A DNA stretch of 64,000 nt. Source: Paraphysomonas bandaiensis. Lineage: Eukaryota; Protista; Chrysophyceae. The notes beneath the pieces are model-generated. The model ran no database searches. It worked only from the letters and a program-made list of their open reading frames with translations, and was not told the origin of the DNA. The stretch lies in contig CBFFRP010000149.1 of assembly GCA_965644295.1 (NCBI GenBank), forward strand, positions 62,001 to 126,000. The letters run 5' to 3'. Both the position numbers and the translations under genes were made by a program. Shown piece by piece: positions 58,022-64,000 of this stretch (positions are counted from its first letter, which is position 1; each line of letters begins with the position of its first letter).

Positions 58022-58683
58022 TTAGAAACTGTACTGTAAATTCTTATGTAACGGAGAAATAATGAGAATATAATTTGTCTTGTGGTGTGTATGATGCACT
58101 CGTTATATATCGAGAACATATACTCTTTAGTACACGTCTTTTCTTAAATTTTTCCATTCCAAGAATCATTATCACATAGAACTATGCCTTAACAGATTAA
58201 TTATGTAACATTAGTTTAAGAAATATTTACGTAGTACTGCCTAGTGGTACAATAAACTTAGAATTGTGTTCATTATACCCCCACAATTAAATGCATATCG
58301 AGTTAGTGTTGAGGTGTTATAAGTATAAGTGATAATTGAAATCAGGACAGAAAAATACACTTTACGTTGAATATTGAAAATCCATATTATACTACTTATT
58401 TGATAATATTCATAAGAATCGTAACCCAGAAACGCTATATAGGACTTGTATTTTACAATTCCACTTCCCAAATATCCACAATAACTGAGAACAAATACAT
58501 TGCTCATAACATTTTTGTTATCAACATTAACTGTGCACATTTATACTGCTAACTAGCTATACCATCAAGAAATGGGTCTACGTCGTATAACATGTACATA
58601 CAGCATAAAGATTGCAACGAAGAGTAAATAGGAAGTTGACATATAAGAAAATATGCTTTCTGAATATCTGAAACCGCAAACCG

Positions 58684-60256
58684 CTATTCATACAGGGCCT
58701 CTGCTTTCTTTTTCTGGTGCGCTGCAAGATTTTTCTTTACCTTTTGAAATGCCTGAGGCCGATCAGCAAGTGCCATTAACTTTTTAGAGTGATCCACTGC
58801 AGCCTTAACAAATGTCTTTGTGTTTCTTAAATCACATTCATTGAACGAATTCATGTGAGCCTCCTTGGCTAAGCTCTTGCCAATAGATACGCGCGAAGAG
58901 AGTAAAATATTGCGCACGAACAGTGAGGCTTCAGTTTCAGGCACTTGGCTCTTGATAAACTCATAGACAGTAGAGTGCTTGGCAAGTGTTCTGTTTGATC
59001 GCAATACCGCATAGAGATTAGCTGCGATGCCTGTCACGATCGCAGCACTGGCACTGGATCCTGTGAGAGTGCTCTGAATTCTATTAGACTCCCCAATAAA
59101 AGGGGTAGAAATAAACTCTCCGGGTGCATTGATATCAATACAATCTCCGAAATTGCTACCCTGGAGTTCCAAATCTGATCCCCGGGCAGTTGCAGCTGCT
59201 ATGATGGCATAGGGCGACTCTGCAGGGGAGTACGAGCAAGAAAAGGAGTCATGATCACCTACAGCGCCAACAACCAAAAGTGCTGCACAATTACACCGTC
59301 AGTTTGTTGCACGACAAGAAACAGTGTATATATATATTACCCTTTGAGATCGCGTAAAGCGCGTGTTTCAGAGCTCTGGAACGAGGCCCAGTAAGACTCA
59401 TACAAGCTAAAGCATTTAATGGGCCGTGAGTTTCCATCGCCTTTAAGTGGCGCCCTATGTCTCACGTAAGGTCCCGCAGATTAATATGAAATGTCCCTTA
59501 CCTAGTACATAATCAAGGCCGGCCAGAACGTCATCCGATCTACCCGTCCCGTCTGCAGCCAGAACTCGAACATCAACAAGATGAGAGCTTGGGCTGACGC
59601 CATATCCGAGACCTGCTACAGCCCCAGCAACCTGTGTGCCATGTCCGTGTGGGTCGGTCATCAGTGGGGTGGTCGTTACTGCGTCAAATCCAAACTCCAC
59701 TCTCCCCTCAAAGCACTCATGAGATGCCTGAATACCTGTGTCCAATATATACACCCTCTGGTGTCGAATCAGAGCCCACATATCTACTAGCATCGCATAT
59801 ACTTACAAAATCATCGTACGAGGGATCATAGTAATTATCTTGAAGAAAATCATTATAAGTCTCATACGTCATTGTACAAAACCCATTTTTTGATACAGAA
59901 GGGGACTCATCACGCAAAAATTGCGGGTGAAAAGGGATAGTATTAACAATGCCACTGGCTGCCTCCATCCTTACGACTGGCTCATAAAACTTCACTTCCG
60001 GGAATATCTCGTCGAGGACGTCCACCTGATCCTCAGGACATTGCAAACTATATCCAATAAAGTTCATTGTTGCTAAATGGTAATAAATATGTTTGATTTC
60101 TGTCACATCGATATATTTTTTTACTCTATTAATGTGTTCGTTGAGATACTCTGACACATTTCGTTCAGTAGATTTCAGTACAACAACAAACACTTCAGAT
60201 GATACACTATACAGATATATGGTTAATAATAACCATCTAATAGAGGTAAAATACAT
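58684..60256 (-). CDS. Secreted subtilisin-like (S8, proteinase K-type) protease with I9-like prodomain, 4 exons
   Basis: Signal peptide; VYILDTGI (Asp), HGHGTQVAG (His), LTGSSASAAIV (Ser region), SNFGDCIDINAPG. Confidence 0.85.
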
Positions 60257-60994
60257 GGTTGAATGTATAGAACTGTGTGTTCCACAGAGTGGAGTGAGTG
60301 ATAGCAGCTACTGCTTACTTTCAATCATATATGCTTGTATGTATTGCAAGATGATGCATCAAATATCGATTAGTTGCTTTTAATATAGTAAGAGCTGTTC
60401 TATAATGAGTGTATCGCCCCAAAATCTAGTTCTATATATACATACCTTAACCACCCCACACAGAACATACTGACATATACATACAGCAGTAGGACAGTAC
60501 GCAGAGGCCTGTATTCCATATTCCATCTACCCACAACCGTATCGGCAGTCAGGATCTTATGTTTCGGAATTAAATTGAAGCAAAACTCATCTATATTACT
60601 GTACTAGAACTACGGCTGAAATACACATAATTGTTGTCTCAATATATCAGGCATTTTTGAACAAAAACATACGAAGCATGCCGACACGACCGTACCACCC
60701 GACATGTACAGCAGTATATATTCTGGACTTGGTGTACAATGACTGCTCGAAATTTTTACTCTATTTTTACAGAAGGTTGCAATAGATATAAAAATACGTG
60801 ATTTTTATATTCAGCATGTGCTTAATATTGGCAGATGCCAATATATAGCAGTGTGTTGTACTGTACCTACAGAGTCAGTATGATATGAAGCAGATGTCCT
60901 TCCTGTGGTTTTAAAACAGAATTATATCCACAATCACATGATCACAATACACTAACACAACAATAAACATACTTTCACTATACTTTCTTTATTA

Positions 60995-63595
60995 ATGACT
61001 ACTACTTCAGGCTTTGACCATGAGTTTAAGTTCTGTTTAGTAGGACCATCTCGTGTAGGAAAAACATCGATACGTATACGAGCCACGGATGATATATTCT
61101 CAGAGTCATACTTGTCTACAGTAGGACCAGAGTTTGTTGAAATTGTATGAGGATCTATCATATCAATGCATATCTTACTTATTCACAGGTTAAAAATTAT
61201 GATTTAGCAAGAAAAGTTATTAAAGTAACGTTATGGGATGGGCCTGGTATAGAACACCCTCTGCCTGCACTTGACACACTAATAGAAGGTATAATTAGGG
61301 TCAGAGAAACATGCTACTGAGTCAAAGAAGAATGCTGTTATGAAGAACTGCCAGGTCTGGTACTTATCTACACTTTCATTGGAATCTAAATGAGCCTGTA
61401 GGGGGCCTTACTAGTTTTCGATCTTTCGAAAAGATCTTCTTTTGAAAAGGTATTTGGATATATTATAGAAGATAAATTATTTAATGAGCTTCAGATTGAA
61501 CACTATTGGTCTATGCTGATGGAAAAGTCTCCCAATGCACATGTCGTGCTTGTAGGTAGGGACTGTACATTTCGATGTTGGTGGCAGTAAACCCAAGCAG
61601 GTAATAAATCCGACCTTGTCGAAAACAGACATGTCAGCGAGGAGGATGCCTTGGGTCTATCTTCTAGGTACAACTGATTGATGAGTAAGTTCTGCGATCG
61701 TAAGGTTGACTGCAGGCTTTGCTGCGATTTGTATATTGAGATATCGGCTTTGACTGGGGCTGGAATTTCCGAAGGTGCGCACAGCACCACGAGATGGCCA
61801 GTGGTAACATTGTATTGTGTGTAGCCCTAGGATACTTGGAGCGTGCTTGTCTTGGTTCTGCAGCGGGTGCCGTTTCTCTCAGCTCAGCTGCGGTGTGTGC
61901 ATTCCCAGATATGTCCTTTATGCATCGACAGTACTGTAGATTGTTTTACTGCTATTGATACGAGCCAGTTAGCGTATTACAACTTTCAGTGATATCTTGT
62001 ACACTGATACATGCATTGATTTGGAATTCTGATCACACTGTTTTTACATCAGGTCAATAGTTTGAAGCAGGCCGAATCAACGAACTCTGACTGTAGCGTA
62101 GGACTGATTGAGAGAAAACAGCGGGAGAAATCTGTTGGGTCATTTAATAGTCTGAAGTCCTCTTCTGCGTCTGATGTGAGTGTGTGTATTTCTGAATTGA
62201 AAACGTATGACAAAGTATTGGTTGTATAGAAGAGCAGGAGTGTGTTAGGTCGTTGGTATCCTAGCCAAGAAGAGCGGGAGGCTTCACTGGAACAGATTAA
62301 GAGCGCCCTACGTGATGGAGTCCAGGTACTCGTTTACCCCCACGAAGGAGGGTCGCCAGAATACGCCACCCTGTTTATTGAACGCACAAATCGGCGTATT
62401 CTGTGGGAGAGAGAGTCTGGATCATTGGAAGGACTCTATATCAACGACCTCGCAGAAATACGGCCGCCAACTGAGAATGCGTACACTTTCGTGGTATGAA
62501 CTGCAAACTTTAAATGCGCTTGTCTATTCGAAAATCTTATGGTGTCATGAATAGAAAATGCGTGTTCCTCGTAGATGTGAAGGGAAAAATTGTTTGTTTA
62601 CTCTAATTGGAAGGTGAATACGCAACACTGAGATTACTTGGACCTGTTGGTGACGTAATTTCTAAAATTTTACAGTGAAAAGGCTGTTTCTCTTGGGGCG
62701 AATTCTGCTGATCAATGTAAATTTCTTGTTCGCGGACTGAAACTCATTGCCGAATGTGCCATTCCCTCTAATATAAAACATATACGTGGAAAAGAGCAAT
62801 GGACATTGGTGAGTTCAATACATGCACAACTACTCTGAGATACCATTGACTGGTATACAGGGACGGTTTATGATAATAAGAGGGGGACGCCTAACTAATG
62901 CGGATCTAGTGGGACTCGAAGAGTTCAAGGCTACTCTTAAGAGAGGAATAGACGTCATGGTTATTTCTAAAGGGGGAGGTAGGGATTTGTGCTTTGATGC
63001 CAGCTAACTATTTGAGTCGTCGTTTTTTTTGTATTTGCTGTTGGTAAAATAGTATTCTAATCTACCCAACATACGTCAGGTCGTCGGGATCCGAAAGTGC
63101 TATGGTTAGATTCGTCTGAGTCGCGTATTATGACAGCAACGTAAGTGTGTTCTATTTCACTGTCTGGTGTGTCTCTTCCTAACTATTCTCAGACATAAGT
63201 ACGATAAGGCGGACGGTCTATCATTTTTCAGTGGTCTTGCGGTGCGTTGTCAATGATTGTGTAAATAATAACTCATGGGGTTATAGAAATTATTGGGGTC
63301 CAATGACAAAGGGATAAACATGGATGATATATCAGGTAAGTACTTGGTCTTGATTTGTATTTCGCTTTTTGACTCCTGGTTGGTTCTCATAGAAATTCGT
63401 CCGGGCTTTCAAGCATACATGTTTTCCATTCAAGAACCTCCACCTCACCCAAAGGAGGAATCATTAGCAGTATCCATTATTGGTAGTGAATGCACTATAT
63501 CGATGCTCATGGCATCACCTCAGGTGCGAGACCTTTTTGTATCGCATTTTCAAGGGCTGCTTAAAACTATTCGTCCTACTGTATCTGTGTACTGA
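60995..63595 (+). CDS. Rab-like small GTPase fused to two PH-like domains; many short exons
   Basis: Manual splicing gives FKFCLVGPSRVGKTS, YLSTVGPEF, VTLWDGPG, LLVFDLSKRSSFE, V|GNKSDL and EISALTG. Two repeats of LxxG(V/I)xV...L...EIRP...(S/T)(L/I)IGSE...(L/F)VxxLxxL follow, resembling PLC-type PH domains. The exon model is approximate. Confidence 0.7.
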
Positions 63596-63744
63596 ATAAT
63601 GGTTCTTGTCAATGAGATGTGATATTCAATAGTTTATTTACGGCAGTTTTGTTAGACTTCCTCCACCTATGTATTGTGTAAATATGTGTCGAATTATTTC
63701 TTGAAAGCAGTGTCCAACATATAGCTTGTTGAAATTATAGTTAG

Positions 63745-63974
63745 CATCGGTGGGACGAATTCGGTACCTATAGGTCGCTCTACCTACCTATAGGTCCACC
63801 GCAAGTACCTAATAGGTACCTGCCTAATAGGTCCCACCTATAGTCATGCCTAATGACCCTACCTACAGGTAGGTGCCTAGCTGTCACCACCTATAGGTAT
63901 ACCTAGCTACCCTGCCTATAGGTGATAAGAGTTAGGTACCTACCTATAGGTACTCAGCGGGAGTCCCACCGATG
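63745..63974. mobile_element. MITE-like element with 12-bp TIRs and internal CCTATAGG repeats
   Basis: CATCGGTGGGAC (63745-63756) and GTCCCACCGATG (63963-63974) are perfect inverted repeats; the interior is built of ACCTATAGGT/CTACCT units. Confidence 0.75.
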
Positions 63975-64000
63975 TAAGAATCGAGTTTTAGAGTGCACCA

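Overview
This is a gene-dense eukaryotic nuclear window with short GT-AG introns. The gene content (WDR93, ARL13B-like, DNAAF6, CHASE-like hybrid histidine kinases, a CoDi-type Copia) suggests a flagellated stramenopile, probably an ochrophyte such as a chrysophyte; that assignment is inferred. It holds about 18 host protein genes, two tRNA-Glu genes, a family of LINE remnants and SINE-like repeats sharing one 3' tail, several small hairpin/MITE-like elements, a 42-bp minisatellite and a ~690-bp (ATGT)n tract. The main result is an intact, very young Copia-superfamily LTR retrotransposon (22376-27473; identical 356-bp LTRs; one 1462-aa ORF) with four non-canonical features. (1) It has no tRNA-type PBS; the 16 nt spanning the last base of the 5' LTR through the gag AUG are the perfect reverse complement of 16 nt inside its own LTR, the signature of Tf1-type self-priming, which I know only from Gypsy-group elements. 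(2) It is flanked by an exact 136-bp direct duplication instead of a ~5-bp TSD. (3) Its LTRs end CG...CG rather than TG...CA. (4) Its integrase lacks the HHCC zinc finger and appears to have a DD(29)D triad. It sits in the divergent promoter of two inverted histidine kinase paralogues with patchwork identity. All protein calls are from motif recognition by eye; no searches were run.
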